Shown here: piece after piece, positions 50,115 through 61,541 of the stretch | How the letters are laid out: each line of letters begins with the position of its first letter | How positions within the stretch are numbered: the first letter of the stretch is position 1 | Assembly: GCA_030704615.1 (NCBI GenBank) | Contig: CM060731.1 | Coordinates: 91,140,001 to 91,204,000 of the forward strand | Reading direction: 5' to 3' | Origin: Takakia lepidozioides | Lineage: Eukaryota; Plantae; Bryophyta | Length of the DNA stretch: 64,000 nt | The notes under the pieces: model-generated | What the model was told of the DNA's origin: nothing | The model's database searches: none | The model's input: only the letters and a program-made list of their open reading frames with translations | Position numbers and translations under genes: made by a program

Positions 50115-51500
50115 TGGGAATGCGGTCCCGCATCTCAGTTCGACATCATCCTCTCGTTGACTGTTATCGGGAATGCGGCACCGCATTTTCGTCAACAGGG
50201 AAACCAAAATACTGGTGCAACGGAAATGCGGTACCACATTTCAGTCCACTGTAAAAGCAGGCCCATGGTGGAACGGAAATGCGGTATCGCATTTAGGTCC
50301 AACGGGACTAGGAACACACGGTAGAAAATAATTGCGACAATGCATTTGACTATGACACTTTGGATAGGCAGGAACGGAAATGCGGTGCCGAATTTCCGTC
50401 CGGTCTCTTTCAATGGAATCCAGTGGACGGAAATGAGGTTCCGCATTTCCGTCCGGTGTGCTACTTTCGATTGCTGTTGGACGGAAATACGGCGCCGCAT
50501 TTCCGTTTTGCATCTTAGTCATGCACCAGTGTGACGGAAATGCGGCACCGCATTTCCGTCCGGGGGGGAACCTTTATACTCTCCAGAACGGAAATGCGGT
50601 GCCGCATTTCCATCCAACAAGTACGGTATGTGACAGTGGAACGGAAATGCGGTACCGCATTTCCATTCTGACTGAAAATCGTGAACCACCGGAACTGAAA
50701 TGTGGCACCGCATTTCCGTCCGAGTCGCACCTTCCGACATTCCAGAACGGAAATGCGGCGCCGGATTTCCCTTTTGTATCTCAGGCATGGAGTTGTGGGA
50801 CGGAAATGCGGCACCGCATTTCCGTCCGGGTGAGACCTTCATACTCTCCAGAACGGAAATGCGGCACGGCATTTCCGTTCAACAACTAAGGTATGTGAAG
50901 GTGGAACGGAAATGCGGTACCGGTCGCATTTCCGTTCTGATTGAAAATCATGAACCACGGGAACTGAAATGCGGCACCGCATTTCCGTCCGGGTCGCACC
51001 TTCCGACATTCCAGAACGGAAATGCGGCGCCGCATTTCCGTTTTGTATCTGTGGCATGGAGCTGTGGGACGGAAATGCGGCACCGCATTTCCGTCCGGGG
51101 GAGACCTTCATACTCTCCAGAACGGAATTGCGGTACCGCATTTCTGTTCTGACTGAAAATCGTGAACCACCGGAACTGAAATGCGGCACCGCATTTCCGT
51201 CCGAGTCGCACCTTCCGACATTCCAGAATGGAAATGCGGCGCCGCATTTCCCTTTTGTATCTCAGGCATGGAGCTGTGGGACGGAAATGCGTTGCTGCAT
51301 TTCCGTTCAACAACTAAGGTATGTGAAGATGGAACGGAAATGCGGTGCCGCAATTTCGTCCAACAAGTACGGTATGTGTAGCTTCGAGATGGTACTTAAC
51401 GGAAATGCGGCGCCGCATTTGCATTTTCACTCTAACTCATCAGACACTGGGACGGAAATGCCATGATATGTGAACACGTGGACTAACGGAATTGCGGCAC
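50115..51500. repeat. Central palindrome array of MULE copy C (53-bp unit, ~265-bp five-unit higher-order repeat)
   Basis: The palindrome plus GTCCGGG spacer type recurs at 50536, 50802 and 51071. Confidence 0.97.
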
Positions 51501-51858
51501 ATGTCTGCACTCTATCTGACTGAAGTGGCAGGAGGCGGCGCGGCCTGACCGTTGGTTAATGATGTTACTTTTTCGGACGGCAGGCGTACCCTTGACGATT
51601 CGAATTTCGTAATGATGCATAGTCCACGAGGAGACACTTTCATCCAAGCCTTTCGAACCAAAGTGGTATATCACCGTTGTTTCATCTTCTTTTGTCGTGT
51701 CTACTCAGTCACCCCTCTCGCGCCCTTTCCATCTGCACTCTTCACCCCTTTTCTCTGTCTCTGTTCTTCTTATGCTCGAACCTGAGAGGGAGGGAGTTCG
51801 TGCACCAGAGAAGAGACATCGTCGCAAGCTCCGAAAATTGTACTTCGGACGTAAGCCA

Positions 51859-54800
51859 ATGCCGAAGGGGAAGAAGCAGATGCGTCTACAGGAGGAGATT
51901 GCCATCTCGCAGCAGCAGGCCACGCAAGCAACCCAGCCACCAGTGAGAGCTCTGTGCTATCGGGATGCGCGCAGCTGATCGAGCACCGAAACCCTCCTCA
52001 TTTTTCTTCTGCAATTCTTAGACTGTATGCTAGGAGACTTGAATACAGAAGATGTTTGCATGCCTAACCGGAAAGGTGGACGTGCTGGAGGGATCGCAGG
52101 AATCCGAAGAGCCGCAGGAAGAGTCCGTGGAGCTAGCTGCAGCGATCCACGCCCACCCAGCCGATCCACGAGCACGGGTCTTCCTGCCGGGCCTAGCCCT
52201 GTGCGTTTCAAGGACGCGGCTTCGAAGGGCAAGTCTTTGCAATTCAAAGCCCCAGAGAGCGACTCGCGTTCGAAGGTCATGGAGAATCGCCAGCAGGGGT
52301 CGGGCCCTTCTCCAACAAAGACGAAGAAGAAGCAGCCCGTCCTTCAACTAGTTTATGAACCGGACCAAGCCGTTTCCCCTCCACCCACGCAAACGAAGCA
52401 GAAAGGTACAGGGCAGATACAATTGCAGCAGACACCTTCACCTGCAAGAATGAGGAAGCACAAGGCAATCAGGGGGAGGACGGAGCAGTCTCCCGCAAAA
52501 CCGATTCCACGAGCTGAAGCCCAACTCCTGCTTGATTTCCAGCCTGGTGATGTTGGGGTCGTCTCTGCTGCAGCGAAGGCAATGGGATCGACCGATTTCG
52601 TCGATCTGTTACCGGAGGAGGGTGCTGCCGCTCAACGTTCGCAACAAGACCTGACCACCGTTGCGGAAGATCTTCATAATACTGCAGGCCCGGAGGAGGC
52701 CTCTGCAATGGCAGAATTGCCCGCAAAGATTCCCCAGAGTGCAGCTCCAGTTGGGGATGTTCTAGCTACTCAGCCCCTACCGCCACCTACAGAAATGTCT
52801 CCGGAGGAATTCCAAAGTGCAGCGGATACAATGTTGGAGGAGACACACAGTAGCATTGGCAGAGTTCTGGGCAACAGGGTTTGAATCCCACTCTGTCGCA
52901 TGGTCTCCCTTCCCATCATCAGGCAGACACTTCCCGAAGATGTGGATAAGCTCAAGTTTGCATTTCGAGAAGGGTACCGTCTAGGTTCGCCAGTCTTCTA
53001 CGTTTCCAATGAAAATGAGGACGGCGAAACTCGTGGACCCACTGCGGATGAATTGTCAACATGGGATACCCACTGGCACACTCGCAACGACAAATTCGAG
53101 GCAACGCTGAAGGGTGATCCAGACTTCGGCCATATGTCGGGTAAAATGTTCTTTGTGTGGGACGGGAATCACCGACTTCTTGCCTGGTGGGAGTACATCA
53201 AGCAGAACCATGCCAAGCACATTGGCTGGCATTACATGGTGGAGTGTGTCATCCTCAAGGTGAAGGCGGCAGACTCCTCCCTGCTCAAGAATGCCATGGC
53301 GGACCTCAACTCGTATGATACTTATACCCTCCCAAGCACGTTCGAAATGCGGTGCCGCATTTCGGTTTCCAATCTGTTTTATTTCCGTGCTTCCGTGGAT
53401 TGAACTGGAGAGTGTGATTTGCAGGGTCACTGAAAAAGCGTACGTGCATACCCACATGGCACATATGTTATACAGGGTGAGGAAAATTGGTCTCACTGAT
53501 CCGCACATGTTTGCGGAAATGCTGGAGCCCGAGCTCATTCAGAAAGCCGTGGCAAAAACTGACCGGACATGGTATCGTCTCACTATGGATGGAATGGTGG
53601 AGGTGATATACGAAGTAAGTCGTCCTCCCATTTCCCACTGCTCATCCTTTCCCAATTTTCAGTAATCTTTCCACATGAATCGAATGTAACGCTTATGCAT
53701 GTTTTTGTTGGCAGTCAAACATCAAGCTGGATTCTTCATGGAAAATGAGGGGCAGGTCAAAACGTTGCAGTCATTGACTGAGCACTTGAAGGAAGCCGGG
53801 GTCAAGTCGAGAACGAAATACAAGTCAAAGCTTGTGAAGCTGGTGGCAATTGCAGATCCGGCACTTGGAAAGGACTTCATCCCCGAGATTGCAAAACACT
53901 ATTCTCGGGCCATGCAGCAGACCATGCAGTTGGAGAAACTGCATCACCTCTCAACGACATGTGTTGAGGCAAAAGAGAAGGTGAGGTTTCAATGCACTGA
54001 AGTTCCTTCCTAGCAATAGCCACTCTTCTTCCTGCTCCGGACGTTGGATCGGACACGGTGGCTGTCGATCTGGAATGCATCGGAGAGTATAAGGACAATG
54101 TGGTCTTTTCCACTCGAAGTTTCCGACCCTGCAGTGGATGTGTGGCTCAACCGCATGACTTGGTGGTTCCAGGTAATTCAAGGTACTTCCCCATATTTGC
54201 TTTTCTGAAATGAATTCCCTAAACTGCTACGTGACAATGCATGTGGGAATCGCAGGTAATGACGAATGCGAAGGAACAAGTCGTAATGCATACAAATTTG
54301 TTCGGCTTGTACGTCAAATGGGATGGAACACAGACATTGGAAGACTACGTGACACATTTCAGATGTGCGCACAAGGACAACCTCTTCGCTAGGGAGCTAC
54401 AGACAGCAAGAAGGAGCGTGGAGTTTACACATCAGGAGGGAGCGGGAAAAGCTGCAATGCGAATTGTTTACAGGTGAAGCCCAGCTGCCCTTGTATGCAA
54501 AGCCTGGTTATGGGGTTTGTTTGGGAAATGCGGCACCGCATTCGCATTTTATGTTTTCGGTTGCACTCTGCACATACATGAAGACCATGGAGGGTCTGAA
54601 GGGCAGAGCACTGAAGAAGGCGGCTGCCGAAGAGCCTTCCGACACCCCTGGGTTTCTGAAGATGGTCTCGTTCTTTGAGAGGGTGTGTGCAGACAAGGAT
54701 TGTAGGAGGGGCGGAAATGCCACCGAGTGGTCTTGCGATATGATCATCTTGGATATTCTGGACGGAGAGCCCGTGGAAGGACTGCAAGCTTTGCCATCTT

Positions 54801-55672
54801 GGAACAGGTTCTCCGAGGACTTTTGGAAGAAAGGATTCGGGCTCGCCCGCATGGTGTTGGACGACAGAGGCTGTGTGGTTGTCCTGGCGAGCAGAGGAAA
54901 AAACACGTAGACAGGAATTGCGAAGTGGACCCGCAAGAGCGCCATCCCAATTCTGAAGAAGAAGTGGACGTGCATCAACACATTGGGCCTTCAGTCGGAA
55001 GGGAAGAAGGTAATTACAACATTGGCACTCGTCCTTTCATTTTCTTAGGTGTTTTGAAATGCGGTGCCGCATTCGATTTCTAATCGTTCCCCACTGTGTA
55101 TGCAGACAAAGCAGTTCGATGCATACTGCTTTGTGAAGGAGAACTCCACCTTTGCTTTCCGGAAGGAGGGATTGTTGGTTGACCCGAACTACGACCCCAT
55201 CGATTACGACGTCCTGTTCAACAACGTTCCCATGGAACTTCTCCCTCATAGCCTCACTTCAACGGAACCCCTGCGGTATTCACGGACTCGGAGCCCTGCC
55301 TTCATTCAGACAATTATGGAGACATGCACTGACGTGGAGGGCACAGTGCTCGACCTCATCTATGGGACAGGTATGCAGAATCTTGTTCTATGTTGTTCTT
55401 CAAATTCTCCTTATGCTTTAATTCGCAACATCTGAAGGGCCATGTTATAATGTGTGGATGGCATTGTAACATGTGCCTCAATGTGGGCTGGGCGGTTTTC
55501 CGACTGGCACCTATTTGCCTACGAGGAGGACACATCCGTCTGGGGATCCCATCTGGAAGGGCTGCAACGGAATGTGAAGGCTCCCATCAAAGCCAAAGAC
55601 TCCTCGGATTCGTCGGAGTCGGAGGAAGAGACAGTGGACATTGATGCTGAGGAGAACCCAAAATACGAATGA
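51859..55672 (+). pseudogene. MULE accessory gene, multi-exon: low-complexity N-terminus + ParB/Srx-like domain + beta-class DNA amino-methyltransferase-like domain
   Basis: IPLCRM..IRQTLPEDVDKLKFAF..GY and FFVWDGNHRLLAW (DGNHR at 53161); CDMIILDILDG, ARMVLDDRGCVVV, TRSPAFIQTIMETCTDVEGTVLDLIYGTG, WHLFAYEED. In-frame stops at 52882 and 54908; exon boundaries partly uncertain. Confidence 0.65.
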
Positions 55673-55893
55673 GTGCAAACATTGTAAGTTTGCAAAGCCT
55701 TCTGGGTGATTTTTTGTCAAACGCATTTCTGGACTGTGGTTCTCATTGGTCTCGTTGGTGATTGTTATGTGCAGGATTCCAGGATCCGGGTCGAAACATG
55801 TAGGGCCTACACTTCCTGCCAGGAAGAATGTCCCGTTCTTGGCGAGGGCCGACTTCATGACGAGCCCGGTGAAAGACTACTCCCTTCCTAGTT

Positions 55894-56415
55894 ATGCAGC
55901 TAAACTCGCAAATACCGCGATTAGACGATGTGATTATCTGGTACACAGTTTACACAGAAGATACTGGTTCGAATGTGGAAACATTGTCCGCTTTTGAGTA
56001 TATCCCAGGCCACTACGCCTTCGAGCGGGGTGACGATCTTGCTCTGAGGAGTCCATGGCTCCTGCGCATCCTTGATTCCGATTTTCCCACCTACGACGGG
56101 CACCCATGCAGAAGAATGCGCACTGCTATGCTGTTGCGGTGGAACTGCTGCCAGTGGACATGGGTGGACTCCATCGGAGAGACGTATTCTCCTGAAGGAG
56201 TGCGCTCCTCTTCTCCATTGTATAGGGACATTCGCATTGGTGTGGACGACGAAAACGTGAAGCTTTCCATATTCGATGGTGGTATGATTGAAAGGCACGA
56301 CATTGTGGTGAACATCAACAGGGGCGGTACAACGGCTGCAATCCAGTTTACCTGGAGGAGCCCGATGACTCATGAGCTAGTTTTCATAGCAGTCGAAGTC
56401 CCATTGACAACGTGA
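55894..56415 (+). CDS. Hypothetical 173-aa ORF near the right end of the MULE
   Basis: Open frame inside the element; no domain recognised. Confidence 0.3.
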   Translation: MQLNSQIPRLDDVIIWYTVYTEDTGSNVETLSAFEYIPGHYAFERGDDLALRSPWLLRILDSDFPTYDGHPCRRMRTAMLLRWNCCQWTWVDSIGETYSPEGVRSSSPLYRDIRIGVDDENVKLSIFDGGMIERHDIVVNINRGGTTAAIQFTWRSPMTHELVFIAVEVPLTT

Positions 56416-57059
56416 CTTGTATTCAGAAGGCACAGGGCTAAAGATTAGTTTGCACAATCAGCACAGTAGACGTGCTTCAAATGCAATTCATGTGGATCAA
56501 TAAAAACCCCATAGTGCCGTCTTTTTGTTCTATTCTGTATCCATCGTTCCCAGAATGCATCATTCCTCATTTCGTTTGGGATTGGGAGTGTGGGTGGATT
56601 TTGCAAGTGGCTGGTAGGCTGAAATGGGCCCCCATTGTACAGAGCAGTACCACCCTACCATTCGCGAAACATTGCCTTTCAATATGTAATTCTAAAAAAC
56701 ATTGCCAAACCTCCTTCATCGGGAGGTCCTTCTCCCCCTATGACCGTGACACCCTAAACCCTATTCCCGCAGACACTCATTTCCGGAAAATAGTCCTGCT
56801 CATGTTTTTTTCGACACTTACGACTCTGCTCATGGCTCATGGCTCATGAAATAGCAGCCCCCCCCCAAGGGGAATCGAAAAGTACTGGAATCTTGCCAGA
56901 GCACTTGCAGGCTGTCATAAAGCTTCTCCATAGCCATCAAATTCACAAGATTCGTGTTTAAATGAACCCTCTGACACCATCTCTTAGCTCCAGCAGAATC
57001 AAAACGCACGAGTATCGTGCAAAGTTTTAGGGCGGAGGAAGAGATAGGGCAAACCTTCG

Positions 57060-58160
57060 TGATTTCATCCAAATTAGATGAAAAACAGGTAATGAGATGT
57101 AAAGAACTTCCCTGATTTCATCATGATGTCATCCAGTAGGGATGGCATCCAAAATAGAGTTTGGCTTTCATTAGGGTTAGTTCTCATGACCAAAATCATC
57201 CAAAGAACCCAACTATCAAAGAATATTCTTTAATGGAATTCATCCATTTTCATGATTACATCCAATATGGATGAAATTAAAATATGGTTTAGACAGAAAT
57301 AGTCCAAGCCTTCCTGGGTTTTGGAAAAAATACAAGCAAGTTCCTTGTATAGAGGGAGAGGGAGAGAGGGACAAAGAGGGACAGAGAGAGGGAGTGAGAG
57401 GGAGAGATCAGGAAACAAAAAAGAAAAAAGACGGTGGGGGGGGGGAGTGACTGAGTAGCTGCTGCTCAGCCTGCTCAGTCACTCCCCCCCCCCCACCTTT
57501 TTGTTTTTTTCTTCGTTGCCCCCTCTCTCTCCCTCTCTCCTGGGAACCGGCAAGTTGTTATCAGTGTTGATTTCATGTTTTTTCATCCATACCGGATGAA
57601 GTTTTGACTGAGTTTCATCCATCCTCTATCGGTTTTTCATCCATACCGGATAAGCCACCAGGATGGACACCGAATTACCTTTAGGATGATTTTTTGGTTT
57701 TTTCATTCCTCTTTTATTGACTTTCATCCATAACGGATGAGTCACCAAGGAATGAAAAATTACCTCTATGAGGGTTGCCAACAACATCTTATTTTTCATC
57801 CGTACCGGATGAAAAACTACTAGGATAATAATTTTTCATTCCTCTTTCATTGACTCTTTTTATCCATACCGGATGGTCTGGTGAGGAATGATGAATTACC
57901 TAGGTGGAGGTAAACCGCTGCCACGAATGATATTCCCTAAACCCTAAACCCTAAACCCTAAACCCTGACAAATGATTTGTTTATGGATGACGTGTACAGA
58001 TGATTATGACCTGGAATTGATCTTAACTACCCCTAATTATGATTAATTACGGTGTGAAACCCTAACCCTTACCCTAAAACCTATTTTTAACTCTGCTACG
58101 GATGAAATCCGTCAGGGTAGAAGGGTATTTTTATTGTTTTTCATCATTCACGGATGAAAA
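57060..58160. repeat. GGATGAA/TTCATCC repeat family member with an internal fold-back (57380-57540)
   Basis: Related to 18145-18790; GGTG(G)nAGTGACTGAG ... CTCAGTCACT(C)nCACC inverted pair. Confidence 0.75.
57935..57968 (+). repeat. Short interstitial plant telomere-type repeat (CCCTAAA)4
   Basis: CCCTAAACCCTAAACCCTAAACCCTAAACCCTGA read directly. Confidence 0.85.
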
Positions 58161-60192
58161 ATCGGGCAAAAAAAAACTCTATGTTGTTTCTCCCGCTGTC
58201 AGAAGCACGAGATGTGCTTCTGAGCTCGTGGGGAGAGTGTTATGGCGGACGTGCTTTGGTGGCCGCCCCGTTTGTGGTATCGTACCCGTGCTAGGCGAAC
58301 GCCTTGGGATGCGCGAAGGCGGCGCCTTGTCTCTTTAGCAGCGGGAAACACTGCTGTGAATGCAGTGGCATCTTCCCTCCTCTGGCTTTTAATTTTAGCA
58401 ATGACATTTGTGCTGGGAAGTCTCTCTCCCTCCCTTCTATTGCCTTGCGAGTTTGCCTGCTTTGCTTCATTGCTCATGTGCTTTGTTGAGGCGACTTGCT
58501 GTGGGTGGTGATGGCGCATAACCCTCTTCCCCAATCGCTTAAGGTGCCTTTGGAGTATAGGGATCCTTGTGTTCTTATCTTCTTCTCTTGCTTTTGAGAT
58601 TCTTAGTTGACATTGATGACAAGTGCAAGGGTCTGTGATTCACCTGGGGTGCTTGTGATGGGACCAGGTGAGGATCCTCACTTGCTTTGAAATTTCTTGA
58701 GCATGCAGTTGGGGATATGGGCTGAGGAGACTTCTAAGTTATGGTGTCTTGAAGTGGCTGCTGCCTGCAGCCCTGAATTCAACCCAACTGCTTCTGGTTT
58801 GGCATGTTACAGCCTTTATTTTGGCTTGTGTTGTTCTGCCGTTGGTGGGACAGTTCGGCCTGTCGGGCCCGTCTCCTGAGGCCTGCATCCAGACCCTACC
58901 TTGTCTTCTGATCCTTGACAACAGGGCCTGTGGATTAATGAGATAGGTTGTGAATTTTTGGCCTTGGAGGATTTGTGTTTTATGGGTATGGCCTCGGCGG
59001 GTTTGTGACTCTATGGACGTTGTGGCCTTGAATGTTATGGCGGCAGCCTGATAAGGCACCGACCTGCTCCTTTTCAGGCCTGGATTTGGTGTATAATGGA
59101 TCATAGTGAGGTGTTTTTGCAAACTTTAGCATGGACCTCTTGAAAGACGGGTGTGGTAAGCTGTAATGGAATCCTGCCTGTATTTTTGGCCTTATCATGA
59201 CATCAGGCCCATGACCTGCAAACCGAGTTTTTTATTTGCCAAAGAGGCTGGATCTCGGTTGTTCAAGATGCTTGTGTGTACATGTCTTGAATTTGCAATA
59301 TGACAGGCTGATCTCACATTCCCTTGACACCTTGTATGATTACACGTCTTGGGGTGATTACAAATGGTATGGAATCTGTTTTATCATGCCCAAGTGGATT
59401 GCTTGGAGGCATGTCCTGATTCTGAAATATTGCAGATTGGTCCTTATGCTTTGTTTGATGCATGACCCTACGTAATAAAAAGCTGATAAGGTAAGGTGAT
59501 GTTGACCTTGTCATGACACCAGGCTCGTGACCTGCAATTTAATGATTCACTTGAACGTACGTTACAGTGAAAATAGCGTAACCTAATTGGGATAGCTGTT
59601 CCTTTGCGCGGTTGTTTTGGGTTGTTGGCGTGTGCAAACATAAAATTGACATGTGTCTTTTTGTGACGGCTTCATTAATATCACCGTTGAACGTCATGGA
59701 TGAGAATTCTAAAGTACTTACCATGAGGCCTACTTAGGATTTCAAGGAATATGCATACGTGGAGAGTTCTGGGCCATTTCATGCATAATCTAGAAAACAT
59801 CAACATGATCAAACATAGTGAATCTAGTCATGGCCTGACAAATGAACTAATTACTGCAATTCTTTTCCCATCATCCCTGCATGGGATCCTCAGGCTGTCT
59901 TCAAGGAAGTCGGCGGGTTTTTATTGTCTTGGGGCAACCCCCACAACTTGATGGATCATCTGTTAGCATTGCTCAGAAGATAATACAGACTGCATGTCAC
60001 ATACGTTAATTTGACGGTGGTTTGTCAGGAACCGTCCCACATTGATTAGATGGAATATCAGAATATGCACAATCTTCAAGGAACGGGTGCTTCCGCCTCA
60101 TTTTATGTGCAACCGCTGTGGTGCAAAGCTGAATCATCTGATTTCGCGAAGGAGCAGGTCAGGAAAGAGAACCCCCCGCTCGGGGACATAAC

Positions 60193-61516
60193 ATGGCTTC
60201 CTCCGAAGCAGAGTTTTATTCTGACGACAAACTAGTGTCTTTCTCCAAAGAAGCACTTGACAATGGATTTGCAATTGTTCTGGAACATGTCTTGGCTACC
60301 CAGTTTGAGCTTTCTGAATGGCTCCTGCAGAATTGTTTTCTTATGTTTGATCATGTGAAACGAGTGAAAGATTGGACGACAATGGCTTGTCATGTCTCCA
60401 ACGAGTTATGACAATTGCAGTTTGTGACATGCAATCCGAGGATACGGAATCCTAGAAGCTCATGTGGAATTCCCTTGTACGTGTTATGGGGTGCCATCTC
60501 CAAATTTTGCTGGTTTCATGGCAGATGTGCTCAGGCAAATTTCAATGCAGTTCGAATTGTCTCCGGATCAGGCGACCCAAAAGTGCCAATGCCGGGAAGA
60601 GACATGACGGCAGGCTCCAGCATCTAACAGTGCCACTGAAATGGTGCAGGAGAGAAACTACCCCCTTGATGTGCTGGAGTCCGCATGCCCCGACCACGTT
60701 TGGCACATAGAACGCACAAGTGCAGGGTCTCGTGTGAAATGTACAGCGATCAGGGCAACTAATTTCGAGAAGTGCACTTCATCTATATCCAGAGGCGGTG
60801 CCCGGACCCCTGCTCCGACTTTCACGGGTTTGATGCGTCCATATGGCCAACCAGAAGCAAAGAACCACAAGTTCTAGTTCTGCGCAGACGATTGTGGTAG
60901 ATGTGTGCATGGAACTTTGCGTCCTTCCGTGGTGATGAAGCCAGCTCCTCCAACCGTTTGGCCCGTCAAGGTGGGAACACATCTCACAAGTCAGGAGATT
61001 GCAATGTTGGGGGAGGCAGGCTTTTCCCTTGCGAGACAACCCCAACTGCATGCATGTGCTTCTACTTCTGCGTCCTCTTGGGTCCCTTCGGCAAATCCTC
61101 ACTTGTGGCCAACCAAACGAGATGGAAAGCTGGTTCGGCGTTTCCCTCCAACCGCAGAACACTTCGGCAAAGTGGAGTCCGCAAGAATGCTCCAAGCTCG
61201 TGTTGCAAGCACCACGGAAGTGCCCGATCCAGGATATGGTCGGGTGTACACAATGATCACTTCGACATCTGCTGTTCATGATAGGGCCTACGACATCACG
61301 GTTTCCAATGTCCCCAATTGCACATGTCCTGATTTTGTGAATATGCTATCAACCAGTTTGGGCAAGAGCGGTAAATTCATACCCTGCAAACATTTGTATT
61401 TCGTATTTTTGAAGAGGATGGTTTGCGATCCCAAACTTGACAATTTCATTCACCAGGCCACTCTGAGTTTCAACGAGGTCAATACTCTATTGCAGCGGGA
61501 TACAACACATAGATAG
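60193..61516 (+). pseudogene. Divergent relic of the same MULE-SWIM transposase family
   Basis: FLMFDHVKRVKDWTTMACHV, MTIAVCDMQSEDT, QANFNAVRIV, PAPTFTG, VWPVKVGT.L..E, NCTCPDF..IPCKHLYFV; many indels. Confidence 0.85.
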
Positions 61517-61541
61517 CATCAACTATGCAGGAGGAGAGGAT

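Larger units (their letters stand above)
45424..56862. mobile_element. Complete 11.4-kb MULE (copy C) with short TIRs and 9-bp TSD
   Basis: Left end GAGGTTTGCTATTTCATGAGC; right end GCTCATGAAATAGCAGCCCCC; CATGAGC repeats at both ends; CCCCAAGGG duplicated at 45415-45423 and 56863-56871. Confidence 0.93.

Noticed and set aside
50536-50560. Palindrome centre GGYRCC as a restriction-modification-like target of the MTase
   Set aside because: The YR variation is also explained by CpG deamination of GGCGCC; there is no direct support.
51859-55672. Bacterial contamination or recent horizontal transfer explaining the ParB/MTase gene
   Set aside because: The gene has multiple GT-AG introns and lies inside a TSD-bounded MULE in plant context.
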